Shown here: piece after piece, positions 11,949 through 30,155 of the stretch
Layout of the letters: each line of letters starts with the position of its first letter
Position numbering within the stretch: position 1 is the first letter of the stretch
From: Macrostomum hystrix
Lineage: Eukaryota > Animalia > Platyhelminthes
Assembly: GCA_950097015.1 (NCBI GenBank)
Contig: CATNEN010000008.1
Location: 1,550,001 to 1,614,000 of the forward strand
Direction of reading: 5' to 3'
DNA: 64,000 nucleotides
Position numbers and translations under genes: made by a program
Notes under the pieces: model-generated
Told to the model about the DNA's origin: nothing
The model's input: the letters and a program-made list of their open reading frames with translations, nothing else
The model's database searches: none

Positions 11949-14900
11949 ATGGTGAGAACTCCTGATTTTTAGTGGCTTTAGAAGCCGAGAAACTTTTGCT
12001 GGAGAGATATTGTTTACTCTGATGAGGATCTGATGGAAGATGGAAGAGTGAGGATCTGATGGAGAGTGAGGATCTGATGAAGAGTGAGGATCTGATGGAG
12101 AATGAGGATCTGATGGGAGAGTGAGGATCTGATGGAGAATGAGGATCTGATGGAAAATGAGGATCTGATGGGAGAGTGAGGATCTGATGGAGAATGAGGA
12201 TCTGATGGAGAATGAGGATCTGATGGGAGAATGAGGATCTGATAGATAGTGAGAATCTGATGGGAGATTGAGGATCTGATGGAGAATGAGGATCTGATGG
12301 GAGAGTGAGGATCTGATGGAGAATGAGGATCTGATGGAGAATGAGGATCTGATGGGAGAGTGAGGATCTGATGGCAGAGTGAGGATCTGATGGGAGAGTG
12401 AGGATCTGATGGGAGAGTGAGGATCTGATGGAGAATGAGGATCTGATGGGAGAGTGAGGATCTGATGGAGAATGAGGATCTGATGGAGAGTGAGGATCTG
12501 ATGGAGAATGAGGATCTGATGGGAGAGTGAGGATCTGATGGAGAATGAGGATCTGATGGGAGAGTGAGGATCTGATGGGAGAATGAGGATCTGATGGGAG
12601 AGTGAGGATCTGATGGGAGAATGAGGATCTGATGGGAGAGTGAGGATCTGATGGGAGAGTGAGGATCTGATGGGAGAGTCAGGATCTGATGGAGAATGAG
12701 GATCTGATGAAGAATGGGGATCTGATGGAGAATGGGGATCTGATGGGAGAATGAGGATCTGATGGGAGAATGAGGATCTGATGGGAGAATGAGGATCTGA
12801 TGGGAGAGTGAGGATCTGATGGGAGAGTCAGGATCTGATGGAGAATGAGGATCTGATGGAGAATGGGGATCTGATGGGAGAATGAGGATCTGATGGGAGA
12901 ATGAGGATCTGATGGGAGAATGAGGATCTGATGGGAGAATGAGGATCTGATGGCAGAGTGAGGATCTGATGGGAGAGTGAGGATCTGATGGGAGAGTGAG
13001 GATCTGATGGAGAATGAGGATCTGATGGGAGAGTGTGGATCTGATGGGAGAGTGAGGATCTGATGGGAGAGTGAGGATCTGATGGAGAATGAGGATCTGA
13101 TGGAGAATGAGGATCTGATGGAGAGTGAGGATCTGATGGAGAGTGAGGATCTGATGGAGAGTGAGGATCTGATGGAGAATGAGGATCTGATGGGAGAGTG
13201 AGGATCTGATGGAGAATGAGGATCTGATGGAAAATGAGGATCTGATGGGAGAGTGAGGATCTGATGGAGAATGAGGATCTGATGGAGAATGAGGATCTGA
13301 TGGGAGAATGAGGATCTGATAGATAGTGAGAATCTGATGGGAGATTGAGGATCTGATGGAGAATGAGGATCTGATGGGAGAGTGAGGATCTGATGGAGAA
13401 TGAGGATCTGATGGAGAATGAGGATCTGATGGGAGAGTGAGGATCTGATGGGAGAGTCAGGATCTGATGGGAGAATGAGGATCTGATGGAGAATGGGAAT
13501 CTGATGGGAGAATGAGGATCTGATGGGAGAATGAGGATCTGATGGAGAGTGAGGATCTGATGGAGAACGAGGATCTGATAGGAGAGTGAGGATCTGATGG
13601 AGAATGAGGATCTGATGGGAGAGTGAGGATCTGATGGAGAATGAGGATCTGATGGAGAATGAGGATCTGATGGGAGAGTGAGGATCTGATGGGAGAGTGA
13701 GGATCTGATGGGAGAGTGAGGATCTGATGGAGAATGAGGATCTGATAGAGAGTGAGGATCTGATGGGAGAATGAGGATCTGATGGGAGAGTGAGGATCTG
13801 ATGGGAGAGTGAGGATCTGATAGAGAGTGAGGATCTGATGGGAGAATGAGGATCTGATGGGAGAGTGAGGATCTGATGGGAGAGTGAGGATCTGATGGGA
13901 GATTGAGGATCTGATGGGAGAGTGAGGATCTGATGGAGAATGAGGATCTGATGGGAGAGTGAGGATCTGATGGAGAATGAGGATCTGATGGGAGAGTGAG
14001 GATCTGATGGAGAATGAGGATCTGATGGAGAATGAGGATCTGATGGAGAGTGAGGATCTGATGAAAGTGTGAGGATCTGCTAAGAATTCTTATCGGACAA
14101 GCCTGCTGCCAAACCCTTACAGGCATGGGGCTGCGGCATCCATGGCCATTTGACAACGCGACTTCGAGTCGTGGTCATTCGCGGTGCCATGCTGCTAGTG
14201 GGCGCACTGATAGTACAGTTACTTTCTATGCGCTGTGTCCAGATTTCAAGGTTTAAGTCTGAGACAATTCCGCGGCTAAGCTACGCATGTTTCGAGTGAG
14301 GAAAACAAAAAATGGTTTTAAGCAAAGCTCTAAATGGCCTCTCTTGACTAGTCTGTCAATCAATTTAACAAATGTGTTTTTAGAAAAAATCTAACCGGTT
14401 CAAATGCCAATTGCGGTGGCTACCTTCGCCTGAAGTTCTGCTTGAGTAAAGCACATTGGACCTTCTTGCCACCGGTGCGCCTTCAGGCTGCATGTCGTCG
14501 AACAGCTGGAGGCGGCGCGTCAGGCGCTCGCCCGCATGTTCTGGTCTTTATTCCAACAGCCGCCTGCATGATCCGACAGAGAGCTGCGATACGCCAGACC
14601 TGGGGCAGCGAATTCGAACTTGTGACCTTCTTAGTGCAACTCGGCCCCGGCGAGACTGCCCACCCGGTTCTTGCAGAAGAAGCTGCCACATTCGGTGACA
14701 TATTTGTGGCTCGAGCTCCATTCCAGGATTCATACGAGTGCCTGACGCTGAAGGTTCGATTCCTCCGCCATGGGGTGGGTCTTTTGTACTTTACTAAGCC
14801 AGGTTTTAAGCCAAGTTTTAATAATAATATTGCGTATTAAGTAGCGGACCATATCGGACTCTGCCTCAAGAATACCTGAGCTCGAATCCGCGACGAGGCC

Positions 14901-16357
14901 GCATTTATTTACGGACGCAGTCGCGGAGAGAAGGCTTGAGGGCTTGTCGTGCAATTTACGCCCATGAGGGCCAACCTCCAAGTTGACCCTCATGGGGTGG
15001 AAAAAACTTTTCGATGAACTAACTTTCAAAGCCGTCCGAGTGATTCTTGTCGAAGACCCTGGTGACGAGAACTAGTTACATTGCTCTGTATAAACTTCTA
15101 TAAGTTTTTACCTATTCCAAATAGATTACAGAAAAATTTTGTTATTTGTAATATCTCCGATGTCTTTCTACTGCTAAAAATATAGGTCTATATATATTTT
15201 CTATCAAGTTGTTAGGATTAGCCTTTTTCAGATATTTCAAATAAAAAATTGCGTTTAGTCTACTAAGATTTTCCTGTGCTAATAATAACTTGATATTCTG
15301 GATGTTCTCAAATTTATTCACCTTGTCCATTTCTTCCTGAAGCTTTTAGCCTTTCTGCGCTGGTACTCAACAAATTGTCGACGAGCGTTTCACTATTTGC
15401 TGAAGTCAGACCACGACTCCTATTGGAATGCCGACTCTCTGCTCCACCTCCTGACAAAGAGATTGCGAGCGCTGGCAGCAGCACCAGCAAACGGTTCCAC
15501 TTTGAATTTTAGGTGAGCTCGTTGTTTTCTCACTCCAATTTCGGGACCGTATTTTATTTATTTATATATTTATGCCAGCATTTGCCCCCCCCCAGTCCAC
15601 TGACTGAACATGCTGTACACAGCCTTTAAATGTGGCACTGGCTGCACGTATTGCCCTAAACCAGTTGCTGCGGCTATGCTGTCGGTTGCACATCTGGCCG
15701 AATCGGAGCAGGTGTAATCGATTATCAATTATCGATTATCAATTATCAATTATCGATTATCAATTATCAATGATCAATTATCAATTATCAATTATCAATT
15801 ATCGATTGTCAATTATCAATTATCAATTATCAATTATCAATTATCAATTATCAATTGTCAGAGTGTAAGAGCGGTTTTTTTCAACTGCCAGGCCGAGGAG
15901 GTCAAACCTCGTTTTGCCAGCCGAAATTCTCGGCGGCATCCAGCATCGGGCGGCGGTGCGTCGAATAGCGGAGTCGAAATTCTGCACTCCAATCGAGGCC
16001 TTCTCAGCCAATGAGTATCCAACCTACTCGCTGGGTGGTCCTGGCTATCTCATCTCCGACGAAGCCGTTGCCGGCCTGACGGAGGCTGCGGACCGACTGA
16101 ATCCGTTCTGGCTAGAGGATGTCTACATCACAGGAATGCTGGCAGCTGCGGCCAAGCAGCCTGTTCGACACGGCCACCTCAGCGATGTTCACTTCGCGCC
16201 GTCCGATTCATCGCTGTCACAGTCTGGCGTCCGGAACCGGCCGCCGTTGGGGACGCACGGCCTGACGGAGGAGCAGCTGAAGCGGCTTCACACCTGGATG
16301 ATGGAACCGCAGGTGAAGCTGAAGGCCCGTAAAGTACACCGGCTGGAGGGCCTCTAG
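11949..16357 (+). CDS. GT31-family beta-1,3-galactosyltransferase/GlcNAc-transferase, type II membrane protein; exons 11949-11951 (ATG only, tentative), 14123-14295, 14384-14753, 15343-15512, 15892-16357; about 393 aa
   Basis: Signal anchor VVVIRGAMLLVGALIVQLLSM. GT31 motifs RAAIRQTWG, FQDSYECLTLK, LLKSDHD (DxD), YPTYSLGGPGY and EDVYITG. Phases are consistent. Confidence 0.88.
12020..14078. repeat. 18/19-bp minisatellite GATG(G)GAGA(G/A)TGAGGATCT, in probable GT31 intron 1
   Basis: About 110 tandem copies. Confidence 0.97.
14863..14990 (+). mobile_element. SINE family 1, 5' fragment in GT31 intron 3
   Basis: CCTGAGCTCGAATCC...AATTTACGCCC..AGGGCCAACCTCCAAG. Confidence 0.65.
15585..15856 (+). 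mobile_element. SINE family 2, 3' half with tail expanded into (TATCAAT)n, in GT31 intron 4
   Basis: Matches 38310-38420 (CCCCCAGTCCA..GACTGAACA...GCACATCTG..C...GCAGGTGTAATC), followed by about 20 heptamer units. Confidence 0.75.
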
Positions 16358-17099
16358 ACTGGACAGTATTCCTGTTTCTTCATCGTTACGATTCTGAGTT
16401 TGTCAATCAATTTTAGAGAATTTCCTGATATAATTTCTAATAGCTAGTTTGATTGGCTAAAAGGGTTGGAGGCGTGTTGCATTCTTAGAAAATCTTTCTG
16501 GAAACGCACTTTTTAAGCAACGGTCTATCTTAGCATATGTGATCTGAAACGTTCAACGAATATTTGAAAGTTAAGCAGATAAGTCGTCCGTTTTCGGACT
16601 TTAGAGTGGATGTCAGCTTCAGCTGGGGTAAAAATTAGAATGGGGTGCCATTACAAGGTTTTATACATGTATAGGAAATGTTTTTTTTATAAATTGGTTA
16701 TAGGATCCTTTGAATAAAAGCATGCCCCGAGACCTAATGCTTTGCGTAAATAACTCTGAACGAATACCACTTTTTAGGAGCAAAAATATACTTTAAGTCC
16801 AAAGGCGAACCGAAGTTCTTTTAAGAGTCGTGAAGATTTAGGTTTGTTAAAGTCATAAGCTTCGTGTTTGAGTTATTGGACAAAAAATCTATTAATTTTA
16901 ACGACAGCCGCTTCGTAAACGGAATGTCATATTTTTCCTATTTAATGGACAACATTGATTTCACTTGATTTTGTAAGCGAAATTTCTAAACAATCTTAAC
17001 CAGTTGCTGCATTTTATTAGCATACTGTCATTGATTTAAACACTAAACTAAAAACAATGGCATTTTGGTTCGCCATATAGTTTTTTGGACCCCTCGGAC

Positions 17100-17447
17100 A
17101 AGGGGTCAACGCGTTTGCCTCTGGCACCGAGCTCGATTTCGCGGCGAAACCACATTCATTTGGGGCTCAGTCGCGGAGAGAAGGCTTGGGGGCTTGATGT
17201 GCCATTTACGTCCTTGAAGGCCGACCTCCAAGGCACGGTGAAGTGTACACTGCATTACGATGAGAAAGTCAGGGCAGATGTACACGCCTGTGTGGGCGTG
17301 GGCCTGCGTACAGTATCTGTGAGAGTGTGTGCCCAGAAGTCTGCCAAAATGGGCTGAGTTGCCTCCTCGCTGGCTGCGGTCTAGTGTCACCAAAGGATGT
17401 GCCATTGCCCACAGCCCTCCTGCAGATACTATTATTATCATTATTAG
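17100..17447 (+). mobile_element. SINE family 1 copy with (ATT)n tail
   Basis: Shared body GATGAGAAAGTCAGGGCAGATGTACAC...GTGCCATTGCCC.CAGCCCTCC followed by an ATT tail. Confidence 0.8.
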
Positions 17448-17599
17448 CCCCCTTGCACAAGCACATACGAAAAGCTTAGTAATTTGATAATGTTCAAATA
17501 AGTTTAAGATCCCTCATTAATAAAATTATTATTGTCGATTGATGTATTGCCCGATGAGACGTATTTCTGCCGTCACTGTTTTTTAAGAGTGCGCATTCG

Positions 17600-18940
17600 G
17601 ATGAAAAAAATGGTCCGAAAAGCTTGAAATGTTGAAGCTCCCTCGCCAAGGGCGGGACCTCCGCACCTCCTCGAGTATACGGCGAAGAGTCAGAAAACTC
17701 CAACTCGCTCTGGACGCCGTCTATATAACTGGTGCCAGAAGTGAAAGTAGATCCACGCACGCAAAGGTCTGCCTTAAAAGTCGGAGGCCAGCCACCGACC
17801 CACGACCCGGCACCGTGCTACCTAGGCGTGCACCTCGGCAACCAACTCTCCTTCAACAGGCAAGCAGATGCTGTCGGGGCTCGTATGAGCACCCGGCTTC
17901 ACTCGCTGGAGGCTGGCCACTCGTAGTATGGAGGCAGACCACCACACGCTGCGGGGCGCCTACGTCAGCACCGTCGGGGCTGTCATCGACTGCGCCGCAG
18001 GCACCCAGCTCTGATAGAGCCACCCGCCTCCGGGAAAGAGCTCTGCGTCTAGCTAGGCCCGCGATTCACCAGCCTTCGAGTTAGCCACGAAGAGCACGTG
18101 ACCCAGGCTGAGCACGCATCAATGAGACCGCGCAACCGAGAACTGAGTCTGCCGTAGAGCCAACGGAGACGCTGCATCTCGACCTGCTGGTGCCGAGCGG
18201 CCCTGGAGATGGTAGCCTGAGCTCAACTCGACAGGTACAGCAGGGATGACCTCTGCAGCCCCAGCATTGGAGGCCCACACGGACAGTCTCCAGTTTTGTC
18301 TGGAAGCCGCCTCTACATGTAGGTGCATTAGGAACGACCTGCCAGCCACACGGTGCGAAGCCGCTCATGGCATCATCGAGGCTCTGCCTGCAGCTGACAT
18401 CAGCACCTGAACGGACGGCTCGGCCGTCGACGGCACGGATCCGGGCGGCGGCGCCGCCATCTTTTGCACCAACGTGGCCACTTTCCGTCTCCAAAAGTCA
18501 GGCCGGCAGGTTCGATAGCTCCTTTGACGCCGAGATGCGCGCCATCCACCGCGCCCTGGCCTTCATCGCAGAGCAAGTCGCACCCGTCGCGCGCCCCGGA
18601 TCCAGCTCTGCAGTGATTCGCTATCCTCGCTTGGCCCTGCAAGCGGGGCCTCTCGGCCAGCGCACCGAAAGTGACCTCTTCTGAGCTGAGCAGCCGGCAC
18701 TGCAACACCACTGATCTTACCTGGGTTCCTGACCACAGCGGCATACCTGTCAATAAAGCCGCGAATGCCGCAGCCCTACAGCCGCAGTCCAAGTGCAATT
18801 TTACTGAGCGCCGCCAACCGCCGATACCGTCGCACCCTTGACAACGGCGTATACCGTATCACCGGCATGGCCGCGACTTTCCCCGCCAGAAGCCGGGTTG
18901 AGCCGCCGAAGTCTGCCACCGCGCAGCGTTCGTAAAAAAG
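17600..18940 (+). mobile_element. Decayed non-LTR retrotransposon (RT C-terminus plus RNase H; I/Ingi-like)
   Basis: Fragments QLALDAV, YLGVHLGNQLSF, TDGSAVDG..GGGA, SSFDAEMRAI..AL and WVPDHSGIPVNKAA across several frames. Confidence 0.8.
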
Positions 18941-20999
18941 GAAAAAGGTTAGACGTTCTGAAAAAAGGAAAGGAAAAAATCGCTTTTTGGCAGCCCGACG
19001 GTCGCCGAACCTATTTGACAGTCCTTGTAATACCCATGTTTCATGGCGTTTTAGATACGAAAATACTATATTGGAGGACTGAAAATGAGGTTTCAGCCAT
19101 TCGCAGCGGGCAAAAGTGTCATGAGACAATAACAATAATTTCTGCTTCTGACCGCAAAAGTTACACTCAGACTTTTTTTATCAAAACCACGGCACAGCAG
19201 TCTTTCTTTTGAGCTGGCCTGGTGTATAGTTGCCATTGCTAGACAATTATTAGAGACAAATCGGTAAAAGTTTAGTAGGAGTTGGAATAAATTACTCTAT
19301 GCTATCAGATATCATGCAGAGAGAGATGTTTACAAACTCGATATGAAACTTTTTGTGTACTATAAACAACGAAATTGCTACGCTATTTGTTTTACTGCGA
19401 ATGAACCCGAAAGAAAGCTCGCGCGAATTAGAAGCAATGCACTAGAAAAAAGTTACGGATTCAAAACAGTCCATTCAGATTCGCACTGCGCGTAAGACAA
19501 CAAATTGGCTCATTAGCTTAACGCTTAGACATAGCAGCTTCTGAGCTTCCATCACCTTTTCTGTGCTCTCCCTAGTCCCAACCTTTAGCTAGGCTTTTCT
19601 GCGACATTTGGAATCCTAGCAGCAGCAGCTAGTGTCCTGCTGCTGCTGCTGCTGCTGCTGTTGACGCTGTGCATTCTGATGCTTAGTTCACATGCACAGT
19701 CACAGGGAGACCTTAAGTAGTAAAGGGCATTGAGACATATTTTAGCTAAACTAACTAAGAGTTAGCCTAATAATGGCATAATAGTTGGCATGCCAGCCAA
19801 TTAGCTAATTTATACATTTTTCTTGCTTGCTTATTGGTGTCTGTCTATCTGACTTAAATAAGTAAGTGAGTAGGCCTATTATTAAAAGTTGGCTAGGCCT
19901 AGGCCTATTTATTATAAATTAAAATAGGCTAGGCCTAGGTAACACAATAAGTTTAAGAAAACATATAAGCAGCCTCATCATGAATTTAATGTATTATTTC
20001 TTTTATGGCATAGCTAGGCCCTAACCAGTGGCCAATCAATACTAACTTTGTCTTTAAATAAAATATATATAATACAAACGCTACTAGGCCTAGGGGCTAT
20101 TTCTAGGCCGAGCTATGATCTAGGCCTTATGCACATTTTTATTCAATTTTCAGCTTTTACTTTCAGCTCTCTTATTTAAATGGCTTGTCATGTGTACTGT
20201 AGATTACAATGCAACCTTGACATTAAATATTATAAATGATAGCTAAAAGCTAATCTAAAATAAAAAATGTATGGGTACCCAACTAATATGTTTTTATCTA
20301 TGACATGTTTTTTAGCCTGGTTTGTCACTTCAAAGACCAATATTTAAACCAAAAGCAAATAGGAGTATAAGTAATACTTAGGCGTACCATACTTCTGCAA
20401 GAATAGCAAAAATAATGAAATATATAGCTATTATTTTTTTCTCTTACAATAGTCCTGACTTACTATTTTGATTAAACTTTTTTGCTTGATCATATTTTTT
20501 ATGCTAGTTAGGCCTTTCTCATCTTTAGTAGCTAGCTATATTTGATATTCCATATGATAATCAGTACATACTCATTAAAGTAGCTGAACTGTGTATGCTC
20601 TGATAGACTTGAATATTGAACTCACAAGTCCTATATATAGGCCTATATATTAATATAATAAATTAGAATTTATTAGTTGAAAAAGATAATATTCTTTTAA
20701 TCATTTTTGTATACCAATAATGTTCATACCATCACTATGATAAATCAGCCTTATTTCATACATATAGCTTGTATCTAAATTTAACACAAGAATGTAAAAA
20801 CTTGCTTTGTTCAATTTATAAGTCAATGAAATATTTTTGTATGTAAGTTAAAGTAAAAAATATGCTTTTTTTCAGAGGCAAGAAAAAGCAAGATTGAAAA
20901 CAGAAAGCAAGAAAAACAAAAAATTTATACTTGAGTAACACTTAAACAGCTATAGTACTGCATTTTCTACTCCTGGTACAATAGATCAAGACAATCACC

Positions 21000-25954
<4,955 letters not shown>

Positions 25955-26204
25955 AGCCTTAACGGGCCCCTTAACTATCCGGCACGATGGCTGCATGTAT
26001 GTATATTGAATAGTGATATGAAGCAGAGACCTGGAAGTATGCTGTACATCTTTCATTTATGTTCTTAATTCTATTGTGTTGTTTATTTTTATTCCGTGTC
26101 TCACGCTGCCTTTGAACAGGGGCAGAGTAGTAGAATAGTGTAAAAGTTTTTGCGTTTTTTTCTTGTTTTTTCAATAACTGAGATGTCAATCTTGAAGACC
26201 GGTT

Positions 26205-26565
26205 TCTTGTCTGTCTGTCCTTCTGTCTGTCTGCCTGCCTGTCTGCCTGTGTGTCTGTCTGTCTGTCTGTCTATCTGCCTGTCTGCCTGTCTGCCTGTCT
26301 GCCTGTCTGCCTGTCTGCCTGCCTGTCTGCCTGTCTGTCTGCCTGTCTGCCTGTCTGTCTGTCTGCCTGCCTGCCTGCCTGCCTGTCTGCCTGTCTGTCT
26401 GTCTGCCTGCCTGCCTGCCTGCCTGCCTGTCTGCCTGTCTGCCTGTCTGTCTGTCTGCCTTGACTGTCTGTCTGTCTGTCTGTCTATCTGCCTTGACTGT
26501 CTGTCTGTCTGTCTGTCTATCTGCCTGCCTGTCTGTCTGCCTGCCTGCCTGTCTGTCTGTCTGTG

Positions 26566-26603
<38 letters not shown>

Positions 26604-26660
26604 TGCCTGTCTGTCTGTTTGCCTTGACTGTCTGTCTGTCTGTCTGTCTATCTGCCTTGA

Positions 26661-26694
<34 letters not shown>

Positions 26695-26912
26695 GCCTGC
26701 CTGTCTGTCTGCCTGCCTGCCTGTCTGTCTGTCTGTCTGTGCCTGCCTGCCTGCCTGCCTGCCTGTCTGCCTGTCTGTCTGTTTGCCTTGACTGTCTGTC
26801 TGTCTGTCTGTCTATCTGCCTTGACTGTCTGTCTGTCTGTCTGTCTATCTGCCTGCCTGTCTGTCTGCCTGCCTGCCTGTCTGTCTGTCTGTCTGTCTGT
26901 CTGTCTGCCTGA
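26205..26912. repeat. Compound (CTGT)n/(CTGC)n microsatellite with higher-order duplication
   Basis: Visible repeats. Confidence 0.95.
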
Positions 26913-28256
26913 CTGTTATAAGTAAGCAAAAATCTTAAACTGAACAATTTCGTTGATTGTTTTACATTTCAGTCTGTTTCTTTGTCTAGTCCGCAATTGT
27001 TATTATTATTATTACATATAAAATTGTATTTTTTCTTATATTGTTCGATCTGAAAATGTTGATAAAACTTTTTCGGTCCCTAAATATATAATCTTCGGAA
27101 TCAAATTATATAAATATTTAGGAAAATGTCTGCTGTAAAAATTGGGGTTTAATTACAGTTTCTTTCTAACTGGACTACTCTTGACTTTAGCTACATAAGT
27201 AGTGCATAACTATTTTAGATGGACACTTAATTAGATAAAAATAATTATGATATTAATTGTCTTTTTGTTTTGCAAGAAAATTATTATCAGTTTTCTATCA
27301 GATAATAAATGTACGGATGTAATAGTAAATATTAATCCCTAATCCCTAGCATATAAAAAAATTTCGTGAACAATTTTTCTCCTGAATTGCCAACTAGTGC
27401 CAATAGTTGTCGCACTACTCTAACAGTAGTATGTAAAGAAAATAGAATACGAATTTTAGAAGTTTCGCTAATATACACGATTCCGCTATAAATTATATCT
27501 ATCTGTTCGCTTGCCACGCGTAGCCAGTCTTTTAATCTGAATTAAATATAGGCTAAACTGAAATTATTTCGTTTTTATTTCAACTAAAATATAAGAGTAA
27601 ATTTCTGTCAAGCGACAGCGCTTTCTGTTTGCTAAAGTAGCAGAGAACTAAGTGATTGATAATACTCATTTGTAGCGCGAATTGAATGTCTTGCAGCTAA
27701 CGTAACTGTCCAATCAGCTACCGCCGTCAAAAGTTTATTTGCCTTTGATTTTTGTCTTGAAATCTAGTTATGACATTGTTGTATTGTTTTGGCTCGTTAT
27801 TAATTTTTAAGCTATAATAGGGATAATTTGTGTTATTTAATGTCGTATTTAAAGTGTCTTTCGTTTGGCCTAAAAGAAAAATATAGGTTTGTTTAGTTAA
27901 TTTAGGAATGGGTAGAGCTGTCTATTGCACCTAACCCATCTGGGCCAGATGTGCAGCCAAAGCATCCAAAGGCTTCTGGTTCAGTCCATGGACTGGTGAG
28001 CCGCGACGCTTTTAAGATCGTGGTTCTTTTTCGAGCCTTTCGACCCGTAAATTTTTGAAGCTCTAAACCCAGCAAACATTTTAAAGTTTTTTGAAGCTTC
28101 ACCATCACCCAACTTAAAAATACTGTGGTCTATAAAAATCTGCTGAAATCGCTGATATAATCTAATCTTACTACTTATAAGTCGCTTAATAATAGTACTG
28201 AAAGTTTACTTTTTCTAAAATAAAAAATACAATCTAGTTGATGCGCTTGTTTTCAG

Positions 28257-30155
28257 TATTCGACGCCTCACCAGCCAGCCTCAATCGGACTCCGTGTCCG
28301 CGCCGATCACAGCGGCGACGCAACAGCTGCAGCACAGCCAGCTAGCCAATCCGTTTCTGGATGCGCTGTTCCAGTCCCCAGCCAGTCTGCTCTGCAGCGT
28401 CGATGATGCAGCCTTCCTGCTGGCTGGCAGCTGCGCAGCTTTTCCCCTCGACAAAAGTTTCTTTGGGCGCGCGGTTAGTAACGGCTGGCCGGACCTGCGT
28501 CTGATGTTAGTGAATGCTCTGGACGCTGGCAATGGCGACGGCTGTGACGCCATCAGTCTACTAGCCGAAGTCATGGAGGTCACGGGTTCGGAATTTCCAC
28601 TGGCCCTTCTGCGGCGCATTGTGCGCAGCTACGAAACGTGAGCCCCCGCTCTGTCTCTCTTTCTTCCAACAGGCAGCGGTACTGTTGTATTATACCCGCT
28701 TTATCTCATCAGCAGCCTGGCCGTGCATGCATCGCAGAATGATTCTAGAAGCCAGCGTCGGCTTCCTAGTCTGCTTCCTGAGCGCGTCGATATGTACAAG
28801 ACTGCAACTGCCTATGATGAATCCGTGTGCTGTCGGCGTCTTCTGCGCAGCCTAAACGGCCAGCCGTGGTGGCATCAAAGGTTAGTGGATTGGCACCGTG
28901 CCTACCCTGGCGCCTCTGCCCTGCTGTTTACTATCGCCGTTCATTATAAATCGGATCCACAGCTCGGCGTCAAATTCGCGCGACACGCTCTTGAATCAGG
29001 TGCGATTTATTAACTCGGTACTTCGATAAAGAGTTTGAAGACGAAAATCAGCAGTATAGTAACGTTGTCTTTAGTTAGCAGTTTATCAAATCGTTATTTT
29101 CTAAAAATAGACACTGACGTCACTAAGAAGCATTTTTGTGTTGCTAAAATTAGAAACTGACGTTCTAAAATTCTCTGTTACTAAAAAAAGTAACAGACGT
29201 CAATACGTAGCTTTCATTAGGGATTTAGGGTTGCTAAAACTAGTGCTAAACATAGCAAGTTAGAAAAGTTTTTCTCTCGACAGTACTCTCAGATTTCTTA
29301 CTTCAGATACGCAGCTACTGCCGCAACAGCCTTCTCCGGACCGTGGGCCTGTGGCCGCTGCGAAAATTATTGGTCTCTGCTGCATTCTAAACATTGACAA
29401 GTACGAAGATCCCAACATCCAATATAGGTATGGCAGCGACCGGGACGTGGCTAATATCAGCACGATATTTAAAAGTCTCGGCTATAGGATTATTCACAGC
29501 CCTAATGTTGACAATTCGTCGAACAAACTAATGACGAAAGAAAAGTGTATTGAATTCCGTGACTATTGCTTCAGCGAGTTTGAAAATCTCAATCCCAATG
29601 AAGTGGCTTGCACTCGCTTTGTGATGTTCGTGATGGGCCACGGCGCTGATGAGTACAATGTGTTGACAGCTGATGACAAGAGTGGAGACTCAAATCAGCG
29701 AAAGCAGCTGCACTGCATTAACGACTTGGTGAATATCGCCTGTTCTCAGCCCATGTTCAATGAAACACCGAAACTGTTTGTGTTTCAGTTTCTGTCGCGG
29801 AAGCTATGTCAACTATTACACAGACGGGCCTACTGAGCAGCAGCCGCCGCCGCCGCCGCCGACGCCGCAGCGGTTGCTAAAGCTCAACAGAAGCTACAGA
29901 GATGTCTATCTGTGTTTCGCAACACTGCCAACATACAAAGCTTCTCGAGATGGCAAAGATGGCTCATATTTTGTGCGGCACTTTTGCGAATGCGCCAAAG
30001 CTGAGCACGCAGCTCAACGACCTGTGCTACTTAATGAGCTGATGGCCTATGTTAACCGGCAACTGGCGAACCCGCCTGCCGGCGTGCCAAAGCAACCAGT
30101 TGAGTTCACACAATGGGGCTGTTCAGATGCTAATCTAAAGCTAAATCCTTTCTGA
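28257..30155 (+). CDS. Divergent caspase (C14A) with a long N-terminal prodomain; exons 28257-28637, 28677-28999, 29307-30155; first exon/start not found; +1 frameshift at 29789-29792
   Basis: Motifs RYGS, FVMGHG (catalytic His), KLFVFQF[c]CRG (catalytic Cys, only after removing 1 nt) and YKASRDGKDGSYFV. Exon phases link the upstream ORFs to the protease domain. Confidence 0.75.

Noticed and set aside
12828-14156. 442-aa ORF and similar long ORFs at 26150, 30450-31266, 38448-39564, 42076-42714, 47330, 53449-54189 (repeat part), 55501-57328, 57355-58455, 58914 and 60116
   Set aside because: They are periodic translations of tandem arrays, open in several frames and on both strands, and mostly lie inside introns of identifiable genes.
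27907-27995. First coding exon of the caspase
   Set aside because: Its open frame ends in phase 0 while the 28257 acceptor needs phase 2, and the ATG-initiated frame stops early.
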